Below are positions 30,985 through 39,597 of a stretch of DNA of 64,000 nucleotides, one piece after another. Position numbers and translations under genes: made by a program. Origin of the DNA: Anaeromyxobacteraceae bacterium (GTDB lineage: Bacteria > Myxococcota > Myxococcia > Myxococcales > Anaeromyxobacteraceae). The notes below the pieces were generated by a model. That model did no database searches. It saw only the letters and a list, made by a program, of their open reading frames with translations, and was not told where the DNA came from. The stretch lies in the NCBI GenBank assembly GCA_047602405.1, contig JASGHJ010000001.1, positions 1,952,001 to 2,016,000 of the forward strand, in the 5' to 3' direction. The first letter of the stretch is position 1, and each line of letters starts with the position of its first letter.

Positions 30985-31827
30985 TCACTCCGCGGCGAGC
31001 GCCGCGAAGGCGAGCGAGTAGGCCCGGACCCGGCCGACGTACGCGGCGAGGTCCTGCCCGCCGCACCGCTCGCCGGGCGATGGCCGGAAGCCCCGGTGGG
31101 CGAACGCCGTGGCCCGCTCCGGTCCGCAGAGGTGCGCCGTGGCGACCAGCGCGTCGCGCTCCGTGGGCGCCGGCCGGCGCACGCCCGGCCTCGCGAGGAT
31201 CGCCTGCGCGGTCACCGTGAGGTACGCGGAGGTCATCTCGATCGCGTGCGACGGCACGGTCCGGACGTAGAGGCCGTTCAGGAAGCAGCTCGACGGGTCC
31301 CACCACGGGCCCGTGCGCGCGACCGCGTGGTCGTGGATGCACAGCTCGCGCGCGAGCGCGTAGTTGCCGTCGGTCATCTGGAGGATGCCCACCGCCGAGG
31401 AGGGCGGCGCGTAGACGCCCCGGGGATCGACCGTCAGCCTGAACCGCCAGTCGGGCAGCGCCACCGGGTCGCCCGAGCTCTCGGCCTGCACGAGCGCGGC
31501 GAGGAGCTCGGGCCGCACGAGCGCGGTCGAGTGCTCCTCGAAGAGGTCGCCGTACGTGCGCCAGGTCTCGGCGGGCGGCTTCGGGGAGGCCGGGGTGACG
31601 AGGCCGACGAGCTCGGACGGCTTGCGGTACACCTGGTACAGCGCGTTCGCGAGCACGAGCAGCAGGAGCGCGAGCGCGGTCCACGCCGGGGCGGGCAGCC
31701 GCCGGGCGCGGGTGACGACGAGGTCGAGCCGCGTGCGCCAGCCCGGGCGGCGCCGGCCGCGGCCCGTCCTCGACCGCGGCGATGCGGTGGGCCTCCTCGC
31801 GGGCCGCCGGGCGGGTCTCCTCGCCAC
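30985..31827 (-). CDS. Lytic transglycosylase (SLT) domain protein; start uncertain
   Basis: TM segment; ALVQAESSG, GILQM, YVGRV. Confidence 0.75.
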   Translation of the reverse strand: MARRPARRPARRPTASPRSRTGRGRRRPGWRTRLDLVVTRARRLPAPAWTALALLLLVLANALYQVYRKPSELVGLVTPASPKPPAETWRTYGDLFEEHSTALVRPELLAALVQAESSGDPVALPDWRFRLTVDPRGVYAPPSSAVGILQMTDGNYALARELCIHDHAVARTGPWWDPSSCFLNGLYVRTVPSHAIEMTSAYLTVTAQAILARPGVRRPAPTERDALVATAHLCGPERATAFAHRGFRPSPGERCGGQDLAAYVGRVRAYSLAFAALAAE

Positions 31828-31867
31828 CCCGGGATCGTACCGCGGATCCGTGTTATCTCCCGGGCCG

Positions 31868-32890
31868 ATGGCGGGTCCGTCGGGTCGCTACTCGAGGCAG
31901 GAGCTGTTCGCGCCGGTGGGGCGCGAGGGGCAGGCGCGCCTCCGCGCCGCGCGCGTGCTCGTGGTCGGCTGCGGCGGCCTGGGCTCGAACGCCGCGAACC
32001 TGCTCGCCCGCGCCGGCGTCGGCACGCTGCGCATCGTGGACCGCGACGTCGTCGAGCTCTCGAACCTGCAGCGCCAGTCGCTCTTCTGCGAGGCGGACGC
32101 CCGGGAGCCGCTCCCGAAGGCGGTCGCCGCCGCGCGCGCGATCGCCGCGTTCAACTCGGACGTCACCGTCGAGCCGTTCGTCGCGGACCTCGACGCCACG
32201 AACGTGCTGCGCTTCCTCGACGGGATGGACCTCGTCGTCGACGGCTTCGACAACTTCGAGGGCCGCTACGTCCTCAACGACGCCTGCGCGAAGCGCGGGG
32301 TGCCCTGGATCTACGGCGCCTGCGTCGCCTCGACGGCGATGGCCCAGCTCGTCGTGCCGGGCGCGACCCCCTGCCTGCGCTGCGGCCAGCGCGACGCGCC
32401 GGAGCCGGGCACGGTCCAGACCTGCGACACGAGCGGCATCATCGGCCCGGCGGCGACGCTCGCCGCCTCGCTCCAGGTCGCGCTCGCGCTGCGCTGGCTC
32501 GTGGAGCGGACGCCGCCGGCGCGCCCGTTCGTGATGGCCGCGGACGCATGGGAGCTCGAGGTGCAGCGGCTCGCGCTGCCGCCACGCGACCCGGAGTGCC
32601 CGACCTGCGCGCACGGGCGCTACGACTTCCTGGAGGGCGAGGGCCTCGGCTCGACCTCGCTCTGCGGGAACGCCGTGCAGGTGCGGCCGCACGCGCCGCA
32701 CCGGCCCGACTTCGAGGCCATCGCCGCGCGGGTGCGCGCCGTGGGCGAGGTGCACGTGAACCCGTACCTGCTCCGGCTCCGGGCGCCGCCGTACGAGCTC
32801 ACGCTGTTCGACGACGGGCGCGCGATCGTGAAGGGCACCGTGGATCCGGCCGTGGCCCGCGGTCTCCTCGCCCGCTGGATCGGGGCGTGA
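31868..32890 (+). CDS. ThiF/MoeB family adenylyltransferase
   Basis: RYSRQ, GCGGLG, DRDVVELSNLQRQ, two CxxC. Confidence 0.9.
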   Translation: MAGPSGRYSRQELFAPVGREGQARLRAARVLVVGCGGLGSNAANLLARAGVGTLRIVDRDVVELSNLQRQSLFCEADAREPLPKAVAAARAIAAFNSDVTVEPFVADLDATNVLRFLDGMDLVVDGFDNFEGRYVLNDACAKRGVPWIYGACVASTAMAQLVVPGATPCLRCGQRDAPEPGTVQTCDTSGIIGPAATLAASLQVALALRWLVERTPPARPFVMAADAWELEVQRLALPPRDPECPTCAHGRYDFLEGEGLGSTSLCGNAVQVRPHAPHRPDFEAIAARVRAVGEVHVNPYLLRLRAPPYELTLFDDGRAIVKGTVDPAVARGLLARWIGA

Positions 32891-32988
32891 TCGGGATCAG
32901 CCTCCGCCGGTCCCGCGCGGAGGTCCGCTGCACCATGCCGCACTTCCCGCGCGTGGGGCCGCGACTACCATGCCCTCCGGGGGATGGC

Positions 32989-33747
32989 ATGAGCGACGGA
33001 AACGCGGGCGGGCGGGCGCACGAGGTCGGGGCGGCGGTCTTCGAGACGCTGTTCGACCGCGCCCTCGACCCGGTGCTCATCCTCGCGATGGACGGGTCCG
33101 TGGTCCGGGCCAACGCGGCGGCGGCGTACGCGCTCGGGTGGCGGCTCGGGGACCTCGTCGGCAAGCGCCGCGACGAGCTCGTCGTGATGGACGACCCGAT
33201 GCGCGACGCGATCGAGACCCGGCAGCGCACCGGCGCCGCCAGCGCCGAGGTCACCGTGCGCCGCGCCAACGGCACGACCTTCCCCGCCGAGATCCACTCC
33301 GCGGTGGTCAAGGAGGGGCCCGAGCCGCTCGCCTACGTGATGTTCCGCGACCTCACGGCCGAGCGGGTCGCCGCCCGGGCGCTCGTGGAGAGCGAGCAGC
33401 GCTTCCTCGCGGTCTTCGACCTGGCTCCGGTCGCGATGGCGATCTCGAAGATCCCCGAGACCACCTACGTCGCCGCGAACGACGCGTGGCGCGCGCTGTT
33501 CGAGGTGGGCGACGTCGACGTCGCGGGCAAGACCGGCGCCGACCTCGGGCTCGCCACGGAGGAAGAGTGGCTCCGGGCGCGGGACATCTTCCTGCGCTGG
33601 GGCTCCTTCCGCGGCCGCGAGGTGGTGCGCAGGACCCGCTCCGGCCGCGAGCTGCAGCTCCTCCTCGGGATGGAGCCGCTCTCGATCGGCGGCAAGCGGC
33701 ACGTGATCTCGTTCGTGCAGCCGGCGCCGGCCGACGCGGAGCGCTAG
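32989..33747 (+). CDS. Tandem PAS-domain protein with no output domain
   Basis: Two PAS/PAC repeats (ANAAA...GTTFPAE...FRDLT; ANDAW...RSGRE), then stop. Confidence 0.75.
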   Translation: MSDGNAGGRAHEVGAAVFETLFDRALDPVLILAMDGSVVRANAAAAYALGWRLGDLVGKRRDELVVMDDPMRDAIETRQRTGAASAEVTVRRANGTTFPAEIHSAVVKEGPEPLAYVMFRDLTAERVAARALVESEQRFLAVFDLAPVAMAISKIPETTYVAANDAWRALFEVGDVDVAGKTGADLGLATEEEWLRARDIFLRWGSFRGREVVRRTRSGRELQLLLGMEPLSIGGKRHVISFVQPAPADAER

Positions 33748-34346
33748 CGAAGCACCTCCGCCAGGAACGCCTGCACGTCCCGGAGCTCCTCGGGGCTGAC
33801 CTCGTGCCCCACGCCGCGGTACCGCCGCACCGTCACCTTCGCGCCCCACGCGCCGAGCAGGCGCGCGCTGTCCGGGGCGTAGTCCACCGGGATCCGCGGG
33901 TCGGCCTCGCCGTGCGCGACGAGCACCGGCGTCGACACCGCGCCCGCGACCGGGCTCGACGCCTCGGACACGCGGCCGGAGAGCATCACCAGCGCCGCCG
34001 GTGCGGGGCGGCGGTGCAGCGTGACCGAGGCCGCGACGATCGCGCCCTGCGAGAACCCGACGAGCACGAGCCGGTCGCCGCCGAGCTTCCGCCTCGCAAG
34101 CTCCGCGTCGATGTACCTCGACACCTCCTCGGCCGCGGCCTTCACGCGCAGCGGGCGGGTCTCCTCGGTGATGCCGGAGAGGCTGAACCACTGCCGCCCC
34201 CCGCCGCCGCCGTCGAAGGGGTGGAAGCCATCGGGGACGAGGAACTCCGCCTGCGGGAGCCCCTGCGCGAGCGCGCGCGCGAGCGGCTGGAACGAGGCCG
34301 CGTCGGCGCCGACGCCGTGGAGCAGGATGACGAGGTAGGTGGGCAC
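33744..34346 (-). CDS. Phospholipase/carboxylesterase (alpha/beta hydrolase)
   Basis: LLHGVG, GFSQG, HGEADP, GHEV. Confidence 0.88.
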   Translation of the reverse strand: MPTYLVILLHGVGADAASFQPLARALAQGLPQAEFLVPDGFHPFDGGGGGRQWFSLSGITEETRPLRVKAAAEEVSRYIDAELARRKLGGDRLVLVGFSQGAIVAASVTLHRRPAPAALVMLSGRVSEASSPVAGAVSTPVLVAHGEADPRIPVDYAPDSARLLGAWGAKVTVRRYRGVGHEVSPEELRDVQAFLAEVLR

Positions 34347-34643
34347 CCGAGGGGTGTAACGCGCAGCGCCGGGTGGCGCCCGGCCGCCGGGATGGATGGC
34401 GTTGTCTCCCGTCAAGCTCTCGCTGCCGCGAACCGGTTACGCTCCGAGCAAAGGAGAGCTCCTCATGCGGATCCGCCGTGCGGCCTGGCTCGCGTTCGTC
34501 GTCGCCTCCTCGTGCGCCCTCGGCGAAGGGCAGCCCGCCGTCGATGACGGTCACGGCGATCGCGTTCAGGAAGTAGGGCGTCGCAAGCTGCCCGGCGCTC
34601 CGCGGTCGCGCGCGCCTCGGGGAGGGGCGCCGTCGAGCCGCGC

Positions 34644-35882
34644 TCAGCGGCCCGAGCGTGTCCGCCGTCGCGGCGCGGGTCGTGACGGGAGGTCGTCGCC
34701 CGTGGGCGTCGCGAGCTCGCGCTCGAGGTCGTCGACGAGCGCGAACAGCTCGCGGGCTTCCCACGCACGGTTGCGCTTCGCGACCGTGATGGGGTGAAGG
34801 ACGCCGCGCTCGGCGAGCGCGTTGATGGCCTCGTTCACGGCCTGCTTGGAGCGGCCGAGGATGGACTGGGCCGTCGCGACCGTGACGACGGGGTGCGCGG
34901 GCAACGCCGCGATGAGGGCCTCGGCGCTCGAGTGCCGGCGCGGCCGGCCCGTCAGTTCGCGCCAGCGCTCCTGGAGTTCGGCCACGCGCAGCGCGAGCTC
35001 GCGCGCCTTCGCGGAGGCCCGCTCGAGCGCGCCGGCGAAGAGCAGGACCCACTCTGCCGCGCGGCCCTCCCGGAAGGCCGTGAGCCCCTCGATGTAGGCC
35101 CTGGCGTCGGCGGCCAGCACGAGGCTGACGGGCGGTACGTAGCGCGGCGCGAGACCTCGGCGGCGCAGGACGACGTGGATGAGGGCCCGGCCCACGCGGC
35201 CGTTTCCGTCGGCGAACGGGTGGATGGTCTCGAACTGCGCGTGAGCGATGGCAGCCTGGACGACGGGCGCGAGGTCCGTCCGCCCCATGAATGCGAGGAG
35301 GTCGTCCATGAGCGCCCTGACACGCTCCGGCGCGGGGGGGACGAAGTCGGCCCGTCCGGGGTTGAAGGCATTCCCGCCGATCCAGTTCTGGTGCACGCGG
35401 AGCTTGCCCGCGATGTCCGGCGTGGTCGTCGCGAGCATGAGGCGCCGATGGATCTCGAGGAGGTCGCCGAGCCGGAGCGAGCCTGCTTCCACGCCGAGGG
35501 CGACGGCGTGCTCCATCGCGACGACGTTGCCGAGGACGGAGCGGGCCGTCTCGTCCCGTGCGTCGGTTTCCTCCGCCTCGGCGCGCGCGAGGCGGCGCTG
35601 CGAAAGGACGAGCCCCTCGATGCGGGAGGAGGCGACCGACTCGGCCCGGAGCAGACGGCGCGCGAGCACCTCGAGGCTGGCGAGGCCCGGGGGGTCGCGG
35701 TCGAGCGCGGCGATGGCGCGCTCCGCGGCCGACACTGCGGCGGCGACCCCCGAGGGCAGCGCGAGCTGGAGCGGGTAGACGGGGTCCGGGACGAAGGCCT
35801 GGTAGCGGAACGCGCGCCGCTCCGCCCGGCCGCCGGGGGCGGAGGGATCGGCGGGCCATGAGCGGGTCTCGTACCGGGACAC
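34644..35882 (-). CDS. Fic family protein (class II, N-terminal inhibitory motif)
   Basis: HPFADGNGRVGR; SSRIEG; C-terminal HTH. Confidence 0.92.
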   Translation of the reverse strand: MSRYETRSWPADPSAPGGRAERRAFRYQAFVPDPVYPLQLALPSGVAAAVSAAERAIAALDRDPPGLASLEVLARRLLRAESVASSRIEGLVLSQRRLARAEAEETDARDETARSVLGNVVAMEHAVALGVEAGSLRLGDLLEIHRRLMLATTTPDIAGKLRVHQNWIGGNAFNPGRADFVPPAPERVRALMDDLLAFMGRTDLAPVVQAAIAHAQFETIHPFADGNGRVGRALIHVVLRRRGLAPRYVPPVSLVLAADARAYIEGLTAFREGRAAEWVLLFAGALERASAKARELALRVAELQERWRELTGRPRRHSSAEALIAALPAHPVVTVATAQSILGRSKQAVNEAINALAERGVLHPITVAKRNRAWEARELFALVDDLERELATPTGDDLPSRPAPRRRTRSGR

Positions 35883-36115
35883 CCTGGGAACCTGGACCTT
35901 CGCGAATCATTAGTCAAGATTACCAAGCAAACCTTGATCAGCGAGAGACCCTGGTCAACCTTCCAGGACCGATGATCGGAGGGGAACGTGTCCGCAGGCG
36001 TCACGGCGAGCGTGAAGGTGAAGTGACGTCGGGGAGCGGTGAGAAGCCTGTCACGCGTCGGGCGCGGGGGCGCAAACGACGTTGCGCGTGCGGCCCGCGC
36101 GGGCTACCAGCCCGC

Positions 36116-36568
36116 ATGACCTGGCGCCCCGCACGACCGGACGAGGACGAGACCGTCGTCGCGATGTGCCTCGCGCTCAACCGCGAGGACCCAGGCACGC
36201 GGCCCGTCGAGGCGTCGCAGGTGCGGCGGACGCTCGCCGCGCTCCGGGCCGACCCGGTGCGAGGCCGGGCCGTCGTGCTCGAGGAGGACGGCGCCGCGCG
36301 GGGCTACGCGCTCCTCGTGTCGTTCTGGTCGAACGAGCTCGGCGGAGAGGTCTGCAACGTGGACGAACTGTGGGTCGCGCCCGAGGCGCGGGGCCGCGGC
36401 CAGGCCCACGCGCTCATCTCCGCGCTGCAGGCCGGCACCGGCCCGTGGCCGCGCGTGCCCGTCGCGATCGAGCTCGAGGTGAGCCCGGAGAACGCGCGTG
36501 CCCGTGCGCTGTACGAGAAGCTCGGCTTCGCGCCCCAGCGGAACGCGGGGATGAGGTGGAGGGGGTAG
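36116..36568 (+). CDS. GNAT acetyltransferase
   Basis: VDELWVAPEARGRG, NARARALYEKLGF. Confidence 0.88.
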   Translation: MTWRPARPDEDETVVAMCLALNREDPGTRPVEASQVRRTLAALRADPVRGRAVVLEEDGAARGYALLVSFWSNELGGEVCNVDELWVAPEARGRGQAHALISALQAGTGPWPRVPVAIELEVSPENARARALYEKLGFAPQRNAGMRWRG

Positions 36569-36592
36569 AAGCGTGGCACGACGGGGCGTACC

Positions 36593-37102
36593 GTGGTCCC
36601 GATGGACGATCCTCGACCCTTCGTGATCTGGAGCGTCTGTCCCGCCTGCAGCGGGGCGGGGCGAGCCCCGCCGGCGCCGCCATGCCACGCGTGCAAGGGT
36701 ACCGGTGCGAGCGAGTTCCTCCACGGTACGAAGGCGGACCTCGTGGCCGGCGACCTCGTGGAGCCGGGGCGCGGATCCAACTTCGGCACGCCGGGCCGCA
36801 TCGCGAACCACGCCTACTTCACGGGCACGCTCGACGCGGCGACCTGGGGCGCCGAGCTGGCGCGCGGCGAGGGCCCGGGCCGGATCTTCGTCGTCGAGCC
36901 CACCGGCCCGTTCGAGGACGATCCGAACGTCACCGACAAGAAGTTCCCCGGGAACCCCACGCGCTCCTACCGGTCGCGACGGCCCCTGCGCGTCGTCCGC
37001 GAGCTCACGGGCTGGCGCGGCCACGCGCCCGAGCAGGTCGCGGCCATGAAGGCCGCGGTCGAGGCGGCGATCCGGGCCGGAGACGCGGTCATCGACGACT
37101 GA
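36593..37102 (+). CDS. arr: NAD+-rifampin ADP-ribosyltransferase with N-terminal Zn-finger
   Basis: HGTKADL, AYFT, WGAELA, VEPTG, EDDPNVTDKKFPGNPTRSYRS. Confidence 0.9.
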   Translation: MVPMDDPRPFVIWSVCPACSGAGRAPPAPPCHACKGTGASEFLHGTKADLVAGDLVEPGRGSNFGTPGRIANHAYFTGTLDAATWGAELARGEGPGRIFVVEPTGPFEDDPNVTDKKFPGNPTRSYRSRRPLRVVRELTGWRGHAPEQVAAMKAAVEAAIRAGDAVIDD

Positions 37103-37360
37103 CCGCGAGGGCTGGATGGCGCGAGCGCCTCGGTGAGGTGAGAGGTTCACTCGGAGGGTGGGTCGGCGGAGCCTCGGGGTTTTCTCCGGTGAAAGTGTTC
37201 GAGAATGGGTCGCACCGGGCTCGCACTGGCTTCGCGAGCGGCGGGAACTGCTATCAAAGGTGATAGCGACGGCCGCCGTGCTCGCAGGCCTCTACGGCCG
37301 CGGCTCGGCCGCATGCCGGAACGGGGACGGTTACGCGTGAGGCGCGGGGCCGCAAACGGG

Positions 37361-37472
37361 ATGGCGGAGACGGAGGCGCTCCCGGTGCTCGCCGCGGGGC
37401 CCGGAAAGTCGAAGGCCGGGATCCCGTTGAAGGATCCCGGCCTCCGGAGTGGCGGGGTGTAGGGGACTCGAA
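37361..37472. repeat. att-like direct repeat copy (23-bp tRNA-Asp 3' end, hairpin and flank)
   Basis: 105/112 identical to 39171-39282. Confidence 0.92.
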
Positions 37473-37633
37473 GGCGTCAGGCATCCAACCCTAACCGGCC
37501 GACGGCGCACACCATCGTGTCGGGAATGCCTGGGGCAGAGATGAATCCCGCGTTGCTCGAGTCTACGCGAGGTGACGCGAATCCACCGCCGGATACCGCG
37601 GCGGTGGAGAGCTGGCGGAGACGAGGTCGGGCT

Positions 37634-38332
37634 TCAACGCCCGGGTGCGGGCGCCTCACCGAACGCGGCCGCCACCTCCGTCGCGCTCCGGCGCAACGCC
37701 GCCTCCTTGGTGGCGCGCTCCGCGGGTCGCACGTAGACGAATCGGGCGAGGTCACGGGCGAGACCGACGAAGGCGTCCAGCTTCGGACGGTCGTGCTGTG
37801 GTTCGGCGTGAGCGAACTTCCAGCCGCCCGCGTCGCGAACACCGAGGTGGTAGGTCCCGCCATCCATGACGACCCAGCAGGGAGGGAGTGAGCTTGGCGC
37901 GGGCGCAGGCGTGCGGGTCGAGAGCACGGCCGACCAGGTGGCGAGGAGCTGTCTGCAAGTTTCCATCCCCAGCGGCGCGCGCAGGCTCTGGGCTTTCGGC
38001 AGCCGCGCTCCCTCCCTGACCGCGAGCCGGAAGCTGCCGCCCTGGATCCAGACCTTGACGACCTGGCAGGAGCCGCGGGCGCGCGTCAGGTAGACGCCAG
38101 CCTCGGGACCTCTACCAGGGAGGTCCGCGAGGTACAGGGTGTGTCCGCTTCGGGGAAGGAGAGCGCGCGCGAGCTGTCGTTCGAGCTCGTTCCCGGCGAA
38201 GGGTTGGGCATCCTGAATGAGCAGGTCGGGCGGCGGGTTGCTGCACGTCGCGGGACCCGCTCGAGCGACCGATGGCATCGCCGCCAGGCCGAGCAGCGCG
38301 GCGCAGAGGGTGCCGAGCGCGTTTCGGATCAT
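37634..38332 (-). CDS. Hypothetical secreted protein
   Basis: Signal peptide MIRNALGTLC...VARA; atypical codon use. Confidence 0.6.
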   Translation of the reverse strand: MIRNALGTLCAALLGLAAMPSVARAGPATCSNPPPDLLIQDAQPFAGNELERQLARALLPRSGHTLYLADLPGRGPEAGVYLTRARGSCQVVKVWIQGGSFRLAVREGARLPKAQSLRAPLGMETCRQLLATWSAVLSTRTPAPAPSSLPPCWVVMDGGTYHLGVRDAGGWKFAHAEPQHDRPKLDAFVGLARDLARFVYVRPAERATKEAALRRSATEVAAAFGEAPAPGR

Positions 38333-38458
38333 CACCAGGAGCGTATCGCGGATGAGGGGCCTACGATGCGAGTCGTGGTGCCCCACCCGTCCCCCACCCC
38401 TCCACCCCGGGTTTTTGCGGTTCACGCGTGGGCGGGGGGCCCCATCCCTGGATTCGGG

Positions 38459-38995
38459 TCACGTGGGATCGGCCGAGAGGTCCGGCATCGGGTTGTCCCT
38501 CGGGTGATCGTCCTCGACGTACCCGGACAGCAGGCGAATGAGATCGGTCGCAGGACTCGCGCCAGTAAGCGGGACGCACTTGCGCAGACAGTCGTAGGCG
38601 AAGCGGGCGGTCTCAGGTCCCACGCGGACCTCCACTTCCCAGGTCCAGCCGTCGATGAAGATGCCGCCCTCTTCGGCCGGCGGACCAAGACTTGCCACAC
38701 GCGAGGCGTCGTAGCGGGCGAGGATCTCGGCCAAGCCTCGCTCCGGGAGCTTCAAGCGCTTCGGGCGCCCGCGGGTCAGATTCTGGATGGCCTCGTCGCC
38801 CACCACGAGCAGGTACGAGAAGAGCCCGTCCACCTCGCCACGCAGGCTCGCGAGCACGACGCGCGTGCCAGGCTGGGGGTTGAGCTGCTCGAGGTAGCTC
38901 TCCAGGAACCGGTGCTTCTCGGCCTGGCTGCGGAACCTTGGTGGGCCATGAGCGCAGGCGAGACCGAGCAGGGCGACCACGGCGAGTTGGCGCAA
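38459..38995 (-). CDS. Hypothetical lipoprotein; start uncertain
   Basis: LRQLAVVALLGLAC lipobox. Confidence 0.55.
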   Translation of the reverse strand: MRQLAVVALLGLACAHGPPRFRSQAEKHRFLESYLEQLNPQPGTRVVLASLRGEVDGLFSYLLVVGDEAIQNLTRGRPKRLKLPERGLAEILARYDASRVASLGPPAEEGGIFIDGWTWEVEVRVGPETARFAYDCLRKCVPLTGASPATDLIRLLSGYVEDDHPRDNPMPDLSADPT

Positions 38996-39223
38996 CCGGT
39001 TGCGACGCAACGTGGACGGCTGGCCGCTCGTGCAAAGCATGAACGACGCCTTCACGGCAGCAGCGAGGGCGCAACGGGCACCTCGGGTGCTCGGCCCGAG
39101 GCTCCAGGTCGAGCTCAGGGAGGGCACCGTGGTCGCGCTGCCGCGCCTGGCAGCAACTCCTGGTGGAGCAATGACGGAGACGGAGGCGCTCCCGGCGCTC
39201 GCCGCGGCGGCCGAAAAGTCGAA

Positions 39224-39251
39224 GGCCGGGATCCCGTTGAAGGATCCCGGC
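39224..39251 (-). terminator. Terminator hairpin after the tRNA operon
   Basis: GGCCGGGATCC...GGATCCCGGCC followed by TTCGACTTTT on the minus strand; also duplicated at ~37414-37441. Confidence 0.65.
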
Positions 39252-39259
39252 CCTCGGAG

Positions 39260-39336
<77 letters not shown>

Positions 39337-39364
39337 AAGTCGGGAGACTGCGCTGCTTCAGCAC

Positions 39365-39439
39365 TGGTGGGCGGAACAGGTTTCGAACCTGTGACCCTCG
39401 CCTTGTAAGGGCGACGCTCTACCGCTGAGCTATCCGCCC
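39365..39439 (-). tRNA. tRNA-Val(TAC)
   Basis: GGGCGGATAGCTCAGCGG...CTTACAA...GGTTCGAAACC...CCCACCA. Confidence 0.97.
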
Positions 39440-39460
39440 AAGGCGGTGAAAGCGACGGGC

Positions 39461-39489
39461 GTTCTAGCTTGCGCGCGGCGCCATGTCAA
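39461..39489 (-). promoter_or_regulatory. Sigma70 promoter of the tRNA operon
   Basis: TTGACA-N17-TAGAAC on the minus strand. Confidence 0.75.
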
Positions 39490-39597
39490 CGGACGCGATG
39501 CCCCTCAGGGACGGGGGGCGGGCGGGACCCAAGTCCCCACAGGTCCTGGGAAAGGCTTCTCTGGACCGAAGCCGGTGCCGATGCTAGACGCGCGCGC

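Noticed and set aside
37450..37472. Second tRNA-Asp
   Set aside because: Only the 3' 23 nt are present (att remnant)
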